A stretch of DNA of 64,000 bases from a virus: the IMG/VR virus record IMGVR_UViG_3300006098_000001; one strand, 5' to 3'. Position numbers and translations under genes: made by a program. The notes below the pieces were generated by a model. That model was not told the origin of the DNA. It ran no database searches and worked only from the letters and a program-made list of their open reading frames with translations. Of this stretch, positions 1 to 9,900 are shown one piece after another. Within the stretch, counting starts at the first letter, position 1, and every line of letters begins with the position of its first letter.

Positions 1-608
1 ATAGGTTCTCCCAATTCGAACTCAGTCTTTCAGATCGGGAACGCGCATTGAGCGACGCCGTTCGCCAAAGATACGAAGACGACATTGTTGTAGAAGGAGT
101 TTGGCCGGTAGATATCTTTGAAGATTACGGAATTTTCAAATTCGTTAACTGGTCTAACGACAACAGACAACTGTTCCGCATCGCATACAGCGTTAATACT
201 GATGACTCAATCAAATTAGGTGATAAAACAGAGATTTTCTCAATGTATGTCACTCAAGAAGAGAAAAACAAGATTGAGGACAATCGGGCGAAATTAGCTG
301 ATTTAGAAACTAAGATCGCTGAACTTACTGAGTACAAGAACAACATTGAAATGTCTAAGAAAGAGAAGGCATTGGACGAGGTTAAGGCTTCATTAACAGC
401 TGAACAAATGAAGAATATCCGGGGCAAGTTTACAGAAATGTCTGTAGAAGACGTTGAACGAGAAATTGCCTACGCGATGTACTCAGCTAATAAACAAGAA
501 TTTACACACTCCAAGCGTGGAGGGGTTCGGACCACGAATTTCAACGCTAAGCAAGAGAGTGATTTTGGCTATGGAACGGCAGATGACCTGTTCCGTAAAC
601 GATATTAA
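1..608 (+). CDS. capsid scaffolding-like protein, 5'-partial
   Basis: The frame has no stop from nt 3 to 48, so the TTG at 48 in the ORF track is probably internal. It lies directly upstream of the decoration-like and major capsid genes. It has a central coiled-coil (KLADLETKIAELTEYKNNIE). Confidence 0.45.
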   Translation, partial: RFSQFELSLSDRERALSDAVRQRYEDDIVVEGVWPVDIFEDYGIFKFVNWSNDNRQLFRIAYSVNTDDSIKLGDKTEIFSMYVTQEEKNKIEDNRAKLADLETKIAELTEYKNNIEMSKKEKALDEVKASLTAEQMKNIRGKFTEMSVEDVEREIAYAMYSANKQEFTHSKRGGVRTTNFNAKQESDFGYGTADDLFRKRY

Positions 609-633
609 TCAAATGAGAGAAAGAGGTTAAAGA

Positions 634-1074
634 ATGGCTGAAGTTATTTTAGACAAGATTAGTGCTACTGCGCATATTGATAGCGTTGTGGCCGAAGAAG
701 ATCTAAAGAACGGTCAATGGTTAACTTTGGGCCTTCTTGATGCAGACGGTGAACGTCGTTTAGCAACAAAGGCAGCAAAGGAAGAAGAAGCAGATGTACT
801 TCTTGTAACTAGTTTTACTAAGTATGACCCTAACACAGATTTCGCAGATTACGTAACTAAGAGAGGTCAAACAGGACGTGGATTCCACATGATTTCTGGT
901 GACGTTATCTCTGTAACTAAGGATTTAGTTGCTGGAGCTAAGAAGGGTGACAGCCTAACCATTGGTGACGATGGATTAGGTTTCAAGAAGGCAGAAGGTC
1001 GCGGTATCGCTCAAATTATTGGCGAAGAAAATCAAGGCTTTTACGGCGACATGTTTGTGATCGCAATTCGCTAA
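634..1074 (+). CDS. putative head decoration / capsid-associated protein
   Basis: Good SD (GAGAGAAAGAGG) and ATG. A 146-aa ORF sits between the scaffold-like and major capsid genes. The function call is from position only. Confidence 0.35.
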   Translation: MAEVILDKISATAHIDSVVAEEDLKNGQWLTLGLLDADGERRLATKAAKEEEADVLLVTSFTKYDPNTDFADYVTKRGQTGRGFHMISGDVISVTKDLVAGAKKGDSLTIGDDGLGFKKAEGRGIAQIIGEENQGFYGDMFVIAIR

Positions 1075-1094
1075 TAAGGAAACGAGGTAAATTA

Positions 1095-2078
1095 ATGGAA
1101 AAGAATGATTTTATGAAATTTGCTCGCGACCTCTACTTCCACAAGGAATTTACAAAAGGCGAAGTTTCAGGTCAAGAAGCAATGCGTAACGCTATTTTAG
1201 ATGCTCTTGGTGGCGAATTTACCCCAACTTCATGGGGCAAGAATAAATACGATGTTTTCGAATTGATTTCAGAAGCAGTTGATGCTGTTGTTCCACGTTT
1301 GTTAACTGATCAATTTGCAAACATTGCCGATGTTCGGACAGTTGCACTTGGTGAAAAACCAATTTTCCAAGTGAAAGATCCAAAGGCTATTCGAGTTGGT
1401 CGTGTAGCTGCTGGTGACCAAGACATTCGTCGGCAAACAATTAAGGATACTCATTACTCAATTGAAACAGAAGACTTTGGTGCATCTGTATATACAGAAC
1501 TTCATCAATTCATGACTGGAACAGTTGATTGGAGCGACTTAATTGATCGGGTTGCGCAAGCTTTTACCAACCACATTCAAGCAACTATTGCAGAAGCCTT
1601 AAATGATAGTTACTCATTGCTTGACGCAACTGACAAGATTACTGGTAAAGCAACTCTTGATCAAATTGTTAAGTTAGCAGAACGAATTCAAGTTAAGTCT
1701 AACAGTAATGTAGAAGTTTACGGCACTAAGGCTGCTTTAAGTAAATTAGCAGAAATGGCTAATGTGAACCTTTACTCAGGATCAATGAAAGATGAATTAA
1801 ATCAAAAGGGCTACCTAGGTGTTGTGCGTGGCTTGAAGTTAAATGAAATTCCACAGGCATTTAAGGTTAATAAAGATGAGTTTGCCCTTGACGACAACAA
1901 GCTTTTGATCCTTCCAGAAGGTGAAAAGATTGTTGGTGTAGTCATGGAAGGTGACGCTATTACAGTTGAACCAGATTACACAGGACGTAATGATTTACAA
2001 ATGGGCTTTAAGACGATCGAACGGATTGGAATTATGGCTCTTCAAATGAAAGTGTACGGTATGGCCGACTTAGGCTAA
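1095..2078 (+). CDS. major capsid protein (putative)
   Basis: 327 aa, with an SD. It holds the canonical position after the scaffold/decoration genes. A conserved structured hairpin follows it, also seen after the tail-tube gene. Confidence 0.6.
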   Translation: MEKNDFMKFARDLYFHKEFTKGEVSGQEAMRNAILDALGGEFTPTSWGKNKYDVFELISEAVDAVVPRLLTDQFANIADVRTVALGEKPIFQVKDPKAIRVGRVAAGDQDIRRQTIKDTHYSIETEDFGASVYTELHQFMTGTVDWSDLIDRVAQAFTNHIQATIAEALNDSYSLLDATDKITGKATLDQIVKLAERIQVKSNSNVEVYGTKAALSKLAEMANVNLYSGSMKDELNQKGYLGVVRGLKLNEIPQAFKVNKDEFALDDNKLLILPEGEKIVGVVMEGDAITVEPDYTGRNDLQMGFKTIERIGIMALQMKVYGMADLG

Positions 2079-2084
2079 TCGTTT

Positions 2085-2115
2085 AGCTGAATGGGGTTCG
2101 ACTCCCTATTTAGTT
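2085..2115 (+). other. tRNA acceptor/T-arm-like minihelix, copy 1
   Basis: AGCTGAA-TGGGG-TTCGACT-CCCTA-TTTAGTT forms 12 contiguous pairs (7+5). The 7-nt loop TTCGACT fits the T-loop consensus and is closed by G-C. It covaries with the copy at 6773-6803. Confidence 0.6.
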
Positions 2116-2148
2116 GTAGTGACTAAGTACGAGAGAGAGGTTTTGAGA

Positions 2149-2712
2149 ATGTCACGTGAACAAAAGCGCCGGAAGCGCAAAATTATTGACCCCTCAACCG
2201 AAATAGTAGTGGCAAATAATACATATGGAATATTTGCTTATGAATCAAATAATGGGGCCCTTTCTTTTGTTTTGGAAGAAAACGGTGATGAAGAATATAT
2301 CACATATGCCGAAGCAAGAAAGTTAAAGAAATACTTTGAAAATATGTCTTTATTAATAATTGACGTCAACTCCGAGGAAGACATTTCAATTATGGATGTA
2401 GTTCGTGGATTGAGATTAACTGATGTTTATAAATCATATCTTGAGCTAGTTGAAGGTTTCGAAGAAGACGAGTTTGACGAAGTAGAAGCGTTATATGCAG
2501 AGGCATTAGCAGATTTCTGCTTAGACTCTGAACTTGACGACTTCAAGAAGGCATTAAAAACACCTTTAAGAAACGCAGTTATTATGACGACTGTTGAAAT
2601 GTATAAGCAACGGCGGTTATCTGATCGTGATAAACAAGACCTTGTAAATACCAGAGGTGAAGACTTCTGGGCCGATATTGATGTATCGGTTCGTGCAGCA
2701 GAAGGTCGCTAA
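2149..2712 (+). CDS. hypothetical structural-module protein (acidic)
   Basis: ATG at 2149 follows the SD GAGAGAGAGG. The GTG at 2119 in the ORF track has no SD. Confidence 0.5.
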   Translation: MSREQKRRKRKIIDPSTEIVVANNTYGIFAYESNNGALSFVLEENGDEEYITYAEARKLKKYFENMSLLIIDVNSEEDISIMDVVRGLRLTDVYKSYLELVEGFEEDEFDEVEALYAEALADFCLDSELDDFKKALKTPLRNAVIMTTVEMYKQRRLSDRDKQDLVNTRGEDFWADIDVSVRAAEGR

Positions 2713-2737
2713 ATCTTGTTTGGAAGGGGAATCTTTC

Positions 2738-3196
2738 ATGGCAAATGAGAGCAATGACCCGAAATATACATATTATGAAGAAGTCTATAAGGCGTTCTTG
2801 AATACTGTTGATTCATATGATCTTCCACGATTGGATGATGATGAATTGGCAGATGTCCTTTACGGGTATATGGACGCGGGTCGTTTGATGTTTAGCACTT
2901 ATATTGCTAAAGATTTCATGGATGATGACCCAGAAAATAAGCGTTTCAACTTTAAGATGACCAGGATTGAGATCACTCTTTTAGCCCAAGCAATGAAACT
3001 TGAATGGGTTAGGGAACACTTGAATTCCGAAGAATTGATGAGAAAAGCAATCGGTGACCGAGATTACACAACAGTGCAAGGTTATCAGTATATCGACAGA
3101 TTGCAAAATATGGAAAAGCAATTGAGCCGTGAAATTACTGCGCAAATCAATCGTTTGGAATATTCAAATTCAGAGCTCTATGGAGAAATGAAATGA
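2738..3196 (+). CDS. hypothetical head-tail connector-region protein
   Basis: ATG at 2738 follows GGAAGGGGA. The stop overlaps the next start (ATGA). Confidence 0.5.
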   Translation: MANESNDPKYTYYEEVYKAFLNTVDSYDLPRLDDDELADVLYGYMDAGRLMFSTYIAKDFMDDDPENKRFNFKMTRIEITLLAQAMKLEWVREHLNSEELMRKAIGDRDYTTVQGYQYIDRLQNMEKQLSREITAQINRLEYSNSELYGEMK

Positions 3197-4254
3197 GTAG
3201 TTTTTCAACATCTTATCGTAGAAAACAAAAAGTCCTCGGAGATAACAGGGTTACAAGAAATTATAACCGTCGACTTGAGGAATTTAATTTGTTCTATCGG
3301 GATACGTTGACAAGGCATGATTGTGTAATTGATGGTGTCCCAACGCAGGCGGTCTTTCAAGATCATTCACAAAGTAACAATAAAGATTTGTCTGATGACA
3401 AGTACGTTGTTGTCCCAAATTCAGTTGAAGTTGGTGTGGGCTCATATATTGAATGGGCGGACGAAACATGGATGGTTTTTACAGAAGAATATAAGACCAT
3501 TCCCACCCATCAACAATTAAAGATAAAGCATACGAATAGACGGCTTAAGTGGTTGACGAACAAGAACAGTAAGCTGATTTGCAACTTTGGGAAAGGTTGG
3601 CCTGCTTATGTACAGAACCAGACGCTTTATACATTAGGGGTGTCATTCGCAGGACAAAATATCGCATTAGCGAATGCAAAGATGTCTGTCTATATCAAAG
3701 ATATTCCTGAAACGCGTGCAGTTAAGGTTGGGACCAGATTATGGATAGCTGGGCAAGTCTATAAGGTTGAATTCGCTGACTACGTATCAAGACCGGGATT
3801 AGTTAACTGGTTATTAGACGAAGATACAAAGAATCCGGAAACCGATAATTCTGACTTAGAAATAGCTGATTATTGGAATTCTGGAGGTAAAGACGAAGAT
3901 GATTCCATAAAAGACGTATCTAAGTCGACTGTGCCTACAAACGGCTCTGGCAGCAGCCATTCTGAGGACGAAAAGCCGAAAGCTGAATGGAACATCGAAG
4001 GAACAATTAAAGCTCGCCTAGGGCATACCTATGTCTATACAGCGATGAATTCTGATGGAACTAAGGCAGATGTCTCCGAATGGATGATTGGAACCCTTGA
4101 AGACTCTCCATTTTATGTAAAAGAAAAAGATAATCATAGCATTACTGTGACCGTGAAAGACATCTATAAGCTAGTTGGACAAACAGTAACAATCACAGCA
4201 AAAGCCAATGACGAAATAAAAAATATTGCAATAAAAATTATAAAGAAGTTCTAG
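3193..4254 (+). CDS. structural protein with a C-terminal Ig-like domain
   Basis: Translationally coupled start. The C-terminal ~90 aa has a beta-sandwich-like pattern (HSITVTVKD...GQTVTITAKAND). Confidence 0.4.
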   Translation: MSSFSTSYRRKQKVLGDNRVTRNYNRRLEEFNLFYRDTLTRHDCVIDGVPTQAVFQDHSQSNNKDLSDDKYVVVPNSVEVGVGSYIEWADETWMVFTEEYKTIPTHQQLKIKHTNRRLKWLTNKNSKLICNFGKGWPAYVQNQTLYTLGVSFAGQNIALANAKMSVYIKDIPETRAVKVGTRLWIAGQVYKVEFADYVSRPGLVNWLLDEDTKNPETDNSDLEIADYWNSGGKDEDDSIKDVSKSTVPTNGSGSSHSEDEKPKAEWNIEGTIKARLGHTYVYTAMNSDGTKADVSEWMIGTLEDSPFYVKEKDNHSITVTVKDIYKLVGQTVTITAKANDEIKNIAIKIIKKF

Positions 4255-4257
4255 GGA

Positions 4258-4821
4258 GTGAATGAGAGAGTGCCCGCAAAGGAAATTACAAATGAGGCTC
4301 CAAAACATGTGTCTTCAGTTATGAAGATTAGTGAGTGGAAACAGCAAATGATGGAAACAATGGCAATGGATGATGATTTAGCAAAATTACTTTATTATGA
4401 CTCATCTGATGCATTAAGCCGTCCTGATTTAACCGAGGAGCAAAAATATGAACTGGTAACAGAGGGAGAAGAAAAGCGTCGGATTTATCCAACAAGATAT
4501 AAGCCTGGGGTCGTTATGGACCAGCAATCATTTATTGGTATGGCAATTTCTAATTTCTCATTTCCAGAAATTCATTATCACGTAGATAGTGATTTCGTGA
4601 TGGGGTACTTATACTTCTTTATCCTTGTTGATAACAAAATTATGGATATCGATGAAGGACAAAGGCAAGATCAAATACTCGCTAGAATTTATGACTTATT
4701 CTCCGATTCTAGAAGATACGGAATCGGGACTGTAAAAATTGGCCAACTTTCCGAATTATGGGAGCAAAACAATAAGTTTGGCGGCTACCAACTAATGATG
4801 AGAGTATACGACTTTAAGTAA
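4258..4821 (+). CDS. putative head-tail joining / tail completion protein
   Basis: ORF in the connector region. The start is uncertain (GTG 4258 or 4270). Confidence 0.35.
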   Translation: MNERVPAKEITNEAPKHVSSVMKISEWKQQMMETMAMDDDLAKLLYYDSSDALSRPDLTEEQKYELVTEGEEKRRIYPTRYKPGVVMDQQSFIGMAISNFSFPEIHYHVDSDFVMGYLYFFILVDNKIMDIDEGQRQDQILARIYDLFSDSRRYGIGTVKIGQLSELWEQNNKFGGYQLMMRVYDFK

Positions 4822-4833
4822 AGGACGTCTGCT

Positions 4834-5637
4834 ATGAGAATTAACTATTCTTACGTGATTCTCGGGAAAGATATACCCATAAACGATAAGGTAACTTTTC
4901 ATATTCCCACAATTGGCGAACTAGCAGAAGCAGAAAACAATGACTTTAGTGATTGTACTCGTGTTTTTGTAACAGGGGTTCGGGAACAATTTAGTGGTGT
5001 TCCTGAGCAGGTTGATCTGATAGAAGAAAGATTCCCGTCTCTATGGGATATGGCTTTTGACGATGAAATGAATGACCTTGTTGGAGAGGCCATGTTTGGT
5101 AAGGGCGCTACTTTATTACGACAATTTTTGAAAGCGATTTCGTACTGGACTAGGACGAAAGAAGAACAGTACAAAATCCTGAGTAATAAAAAGATCGTAA
5201 GCGAAGAACTGGATTGGATTATCGACAGGGAAACATACATTGACCTATCCAACCTAATCAAAGCAGTTACTTTGTCAAAGCCCAATAGGGATTTGATTGC
5301 ACCCAAGGGTGTGGGAAGTAATCCGAGAAAGATTCAAATGTGGAAAAACACATACAAAGGTCGATTACAACAAGCCATGAAAAGAAAAGGAACGGAATTA
5401 GGAGATCAAATCCTTCAGCTAGAAGTATTTGCGCCTGGATACATTAGCTTTGCTGATATTCAAGGTATGACCTACTACCAGTTTTCAAATCTTTTATCTG
5501 CTTACACCGCTAAGTATTCATCAGAAAAACAGTATCAGATTTACACATCAGAAAAGTTCGATACGAAAGATATGAAGATGCCTGATCTAAACGAAGAAAT
5601 AAAACTAATCAAATTTGATGAAAAAAATAAAGACTAA
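4834..5637 (+). CDS. hypothetical structural-module protein
   Basis: 267-aa ORF directly upstream of the major tail gene. Confidence 0.4.
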   Translation: MRINYSYVILGKDIPINDKVTFHIPTIGELAEAENNDFSDCTRVFVTGVREQFSGVPEQVDLIEERFPSLWDMAFDDEMNDLVGEAMFGKGATLLRQFLKAISYWTRTKEEQYKILSNKKIVSEELDWIIDRETYIDLSNLIKAVTLSKPNRDLIAPKGVGSNPRKIQMWKNTYKGRLQQAMKRKGTELGDQILQLEVFAPGYISFADIQGMTYYQFSNLLSAYTAKYSSEKQYQIYTSEKFDTKDMKMPDLNEEIKLIKFDEKNKD

Positions 5638-5660
5638 ATACGAAAGGAGACATTGATTAT

Positions 5661-6767
5661 ATGTCTACTTATGGTTTGAAGGATGCGTCAAATATCACAT
5701 TTGTAAAGCGTGGTACTACTACTCCCGTTTTATACATTGATTACGCAAACCAAACAAATACTCAATGGCAATCTAACCGTGTATATGCCAAGAAGAAGGG
5801 TACACAAGCAATTGCATGGGACTCTGCACGGACTGGTAAGTTAACCATTCAAACTGAAATGTTTGATCTTCGGCTCTTAGCAATGATGGCCGGTGATGAT
5901 GACTTACATAAGGGAACAAACACTATCTTTAAGCGAAAAGTATTCCAATTACGAGGAGATCGCTTAATTGATTTAGGCGCAAAGCCAGTTGAAGGTTCTG
6001 TATCTGTGTTCCGTGTAGACGACAAGGATAAGCGTGAACACATTACTGAAATCCCTATGTTAGTTTCTGGAGACGCTGGTTCAGTTCCACAAATGGTAAC
6101 TGATGTTGCTGTTTCTGCCAAGGATACAACTGCAACAATTACTTGGAGTTCTACAGCCAATGCAACTAGTTATGTTGTTTACCGAAATGGAGTAGCTACT
6201 GGATACCCTGTTGGTACTTCATTTAACGACTCAAACTTAACTCCTGAAACAGAATACAAGTACACAGTTGTTGCTAAGAATGAGGCAGGACAATCAGTTC
6301 AATCTGCTGAAGTAGTTATTACTACTGCTACATCAGGTACTAAAGAGGCCGGCGCTGCTGTTAAGGCAACTGAAGATGCAATCAAGAAGGCACAAGAAAA
6401 TGCTAGTGGGGCCAACTTAAATGGCTTGTACTTCAAGATGACTGATGGTGGAAACGGAATTCAACTTTCTGATGAAGCCGTTGTCGGTGCTGCTTACGCA
6501 GTGTACTACGTTGTAAAGCAAGACGGTGTATCTTCCTACACTATCAATGCACTTAAGTTTGCAACTAACTACGAAATTTACGCCGATGCCGTAATTCGTT
6601 CCCAAGACGGTGAAGATAAGTTTGCGCAAATTCACTTTACTAATGTAAAGCCCGCTGCAAATGTAACATTCAACCAAAACTCAGAACAAGTAACTTCCCT
6701 TTCATTAGAATTTGACTTGTTAGCTGATGAAAATAACGACCAAGCTATTTACGAATACATCGAATAG
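5661..6767 (+). CDS. major tail (tube) protein with an internal FN3 domain
   Basis: SD GAAAGGAG. A clear FN3 module is present (ATITWSSTANATSYVVYRNG...ETEYKYTVVAKNEAGQS). The same minihelix seen after the capsid gene follows, then a terminator. Confidence 0.55.
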   Translation: MSTYGLKDASNITFVKRGTTTPVLYIDYANQTNTQWQSNRVYAKKKGTQAIAWDSARTGKLTIQTEMFDLRLLAMMAGDDDLHKGTNTIFKRKVFQLRGDRLIDLGAKPVEGSVSVFRVDDKDKREHITEIPMLVSGDAGSVPQMVTDVAVSAKDTTATITWSSTANATSYVVYRNGVATGYPVGTSFNDSNLTPETEYKYTVVAKNEAGQSVQSAEVVITTATSGTKEAGAAVKATEDAIKKAQENASGANLNGLYFKMTDGGNGIQLSDEAVVGAAYAVYYVVKQDGVSSYTINALKFATNYEIYADAVIRSQDGEDKFAQIHFTNVKPAANVTFNQNSEQVTSLSLEFDLLADENNDQAIYEYIE

Positions 6768-6772
6768 CTATT

Positions 6773-6803
6773 AGCTGGATGGGGTTCGACTCCCCATTCA
6801 GCT
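6773..6803 (+). other. tRNA acceptor/T-arm-like minihelix, copy 2
   Basis: AGCTGGA-TGGGG-TTCGACT-CCCCA-TTCAGCT forms 12 pairs. All four differences from copy 1 preserve pairing. Confidence 0.6.
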
Positions 6804-6856
6804 TTCAACTAAGTAGATTAAATTAATCCATTTATACGGTTATGAATGGACAGAAA

Positions 6857-6882
6857 GTCCGAAACCTCGGGCTTTATTTTTT
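6857..6882 (+). terminator. rho-independent terminator
   Basis: GTCCGA-AACC-TCGGGC stem-loop followed by TTTATTTTTT. Confidence 0.7.
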
Positions 6883-6919
6883 CAAGAATTTATAGATTTT
6901 ACAAAAAGGGGAATCGTTG

Positions 6920-9900
6920 ATGGAGAAAACGATTAAGTATTTAGAAAACGGAGAATACCATTATGCTACAGTTCGCTCTGTTGGTGATTTGGCACAATTA
7001 AAGACTGATTCAAAGGAAACACTTGTCGAAGCCATCAACGAGCTCTGGAATGGTGGAGGTAATGCTGATCCAAGTAAAGCACCAAAACCAGAAGGCTATG
7101 ACCAATTAGTTCAAGATGTTGCTGATGCTGTAAAGAATCAACAAGAAATCAGTCAACAATGGATTGAGTGGCAAAACGAAGAAGCTCAATTAACGGAAGA
7201 ACGAAAACAAGCTTATCTTCAAGCAATGAAAGAAATGCAAGAAGCCATTGATAAGGCTAAAGCAGATGCAGCGGCTCTTGATGATAAGACAGCTAAATTG
7301 GACGAACAAATTACTAAGACCTTTAGTGATCTTGATACATCAATCCAAAATATGCATGAACAGCTTCAAAAAGAAGCAGATCGCATGAATAAAGATTTAC
7401 AAGACACTAAGGGAACCTTGTCAACCCTTCGTACCGATTTGCAAAATACGCAAATGGATAATGGGAAAATTCATGACGAGCTAACTAATATTAATGGGAA
7501 ATTTGAACACAAAGTTTGGCAAACAGATTTGGATCCATTAAAGGAGCAGATCGACAGAGCAGAAACCAGTGTTCAACAGACCAAAGATGAGTTACTTGGA
7601 AAGGCGAGTCGTCAAGACCTAGATACAGTAAGTAACACTGTTTCTAAGCTTGATACGCAACTGAAAGAAACCGCTAAAGGTGTAGAAATCAGCGTTAAGA
7701 AAGCTGAACTTGGTGGTGAAATCGCTGAGGCGCTGACTAATAAAACGAACATTTTACTAGGTACAAGAAGATTCACTACTAATAACTGGCAGCAACGAGA
7801 GCATGTTGAAATATGTAGCGATCCTTGGAAGGGATTCTTAGTAGCTAAGCAAAATAGTCCAATTGAGGGTATCCAACAAGCTTATGAAGCAAAAGCTGGA
7901 ACTACCTATACCTTTAGTCTTTTTGCAAAGATGGATACTTTGGACGATAGTAGCAAACCGCAAATTATTCTTGCCAAGAATAACCTTGATACTAGTCTAG
8001 ATACCAAAATTGATGTATGGCGTAAAGAAATTGATGATATTACCTCTGATTTCAAGAGATATGATTTGACCTTTACCCCAAGTGAAGATTGCACAATTTA
8101 TCCTCATGTTATATCAAATAGCAATAATCCTATATTCGTTTGTGGCTATCAGCTAGAAATTGGAAAGATATCAACTCCATGGGAACCTAATCAAGAAGAT
8201 GTTGGTGATTACGTAGAAAAGTCTGAGGCGCAATTCAATGTCTATAATGATAAGATTCAAGCCCTAACTGAAAAACAACGCCAACAAGGTGATACCCAAG
8301 AAAAGTTACGAACAGAAGTCACTCAGACAGCCGAGGGAACTCGACAAGTATCTGAAAATCTTAAAAAGACTAATGATGATATCACTAAACTTCGTGGCGA
8401 ATTTGAAGTAAAAGCGGATCACATGAAGTCTGAGTATGAGACTTATACGAATAAAGCTGTAGGTCAAATCAGTGATAGTACATTGAATCTTATTAGAAAT
8501 AGTTCATTCCAAAATAAAGATAGCGATTTTGACCAATGGCAAAATATAAGTGCTAAAGCTAATGTTCGCTCAGATGAGAATGGGCTACGTTGGGTTGAAC
8601 TAACTCAATCAGGATTAACAACTAATAATCCTGAAGGAATTACGAGTAACTACTTTAATATCAAACAAGGTAAGGTTACTGTTGCCGTCGATATTAAGAG
8701 TGGTGACAAAGCGAGTTTAGATAATGATTCGGTTCTTTCGCTAGAACTTTACAACGATGTAAAAAAACGTGTGGACTTCTACGATGTTTCTTTATCACAA
8801 TTGGGGTTAAGCAAAGAATTGCTTGGCGACCACAAGGTTCATAGAGGATTATACCGATTAGGTATTGATCGCAATGATGCTAAATATATGACAGTCAAAG
8901 CTAAATTAGTAAAAAATGGTGATTTATACTTTACTAATTTCTCTGCAAGATTGTCTTCGATTGACGATGGAGCTTATGAGCCCAATCCAGATGACTTAAA
9001 TCAACAAATTCTTAAACAGAATACAAAGATTGAACAGAATGCTAAAGAAGTAGCCATTAAGGCTAATTCAGTTGATGTAACAAGGGATATTAAAAGTGCT
9101 GTTGAAAATAATAATGGTGGGGGAGTTAATCTTTTAAAAGGGACGAAAGATTTTCGACCAGACAGTATATGGTTTCCATTAGGTGCATGGGTTAGAACTA
9201 ATGATACCTACAATGACCTAACGATATTTAAAGGAAAATCAACAGAAGATTGGAATGGTCTAACCCAATATTATTCGGTAAAAGCTGGCGAAACTTATAC
9301 GTTTAGCTTAAATGCTCGATATGAATCCGGCTCTGGTTCATCTGCGCTATACATTATGTTACACGAAGATCCCGAAAATGGGCATAAGGCAGCAAAGGTA
9401 TCTCCATGGTCACGTGATATTACTCTGAATGAAAACTGGCAAAGATATAGTATCACATTTACTGTGAATTCTGATGGTTATATCAAACCAAGAATTGAAC
9501 GAGGATCCCATAATAAGAATGTACTAGAAATTTGTGGGCTTAAGCTAGAGCGAGGGACAGTTGCTACTCCATGGACCCCGGCATCCGAGGACACTTCCAC
9601 TGAAATCAAATCGGCAAAAGATGCCGCAATTCAAGTAGCTAGTGACCAAATTAATCTTCATGTTAACGAAATATCCACTCAATTTGATGATAAGTTAAAT
9701 AGACGAATCAATGAACAAAAAACGGCCAGTGAAAAGTTCACGTCCGATGGTATTGAGCAGGTCGTAACTAAGGTTACTAATGTAAAGAATGATGTTGATA
9801 GATTGGGAGATAATCTACGTAATACGGGTTCACGGAATCTTCTTCATAATACAAGTGATCAGTGGAGAACTTTAACTAATAACAATGACTGGCTACAACA

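Noticed and set aside
2085-2115. A possible genuine tRNA gene or tRNA fragment serving as an att site, at 2085-2115 and 6773-6803.
   Set aside because: Only the acceptor and T-arm equivalents are present (31 nt). There is no D arm, anticodon arm or CCA, and both copies lie inside a late operon directly after stop codons.
4899-5306. Minus-strand ORFs of 60-150 aa inside the phage region. Examples are 4899-5306, 5849-6160, 18107-18364, 30855-31112 and 52395-52853.
   Set aside because: Every one lies antisense to, and fully within, a long + strand gene with clear motifs. None has an SD or promoter context. They are shadow ORFs in AT-rich DNA.
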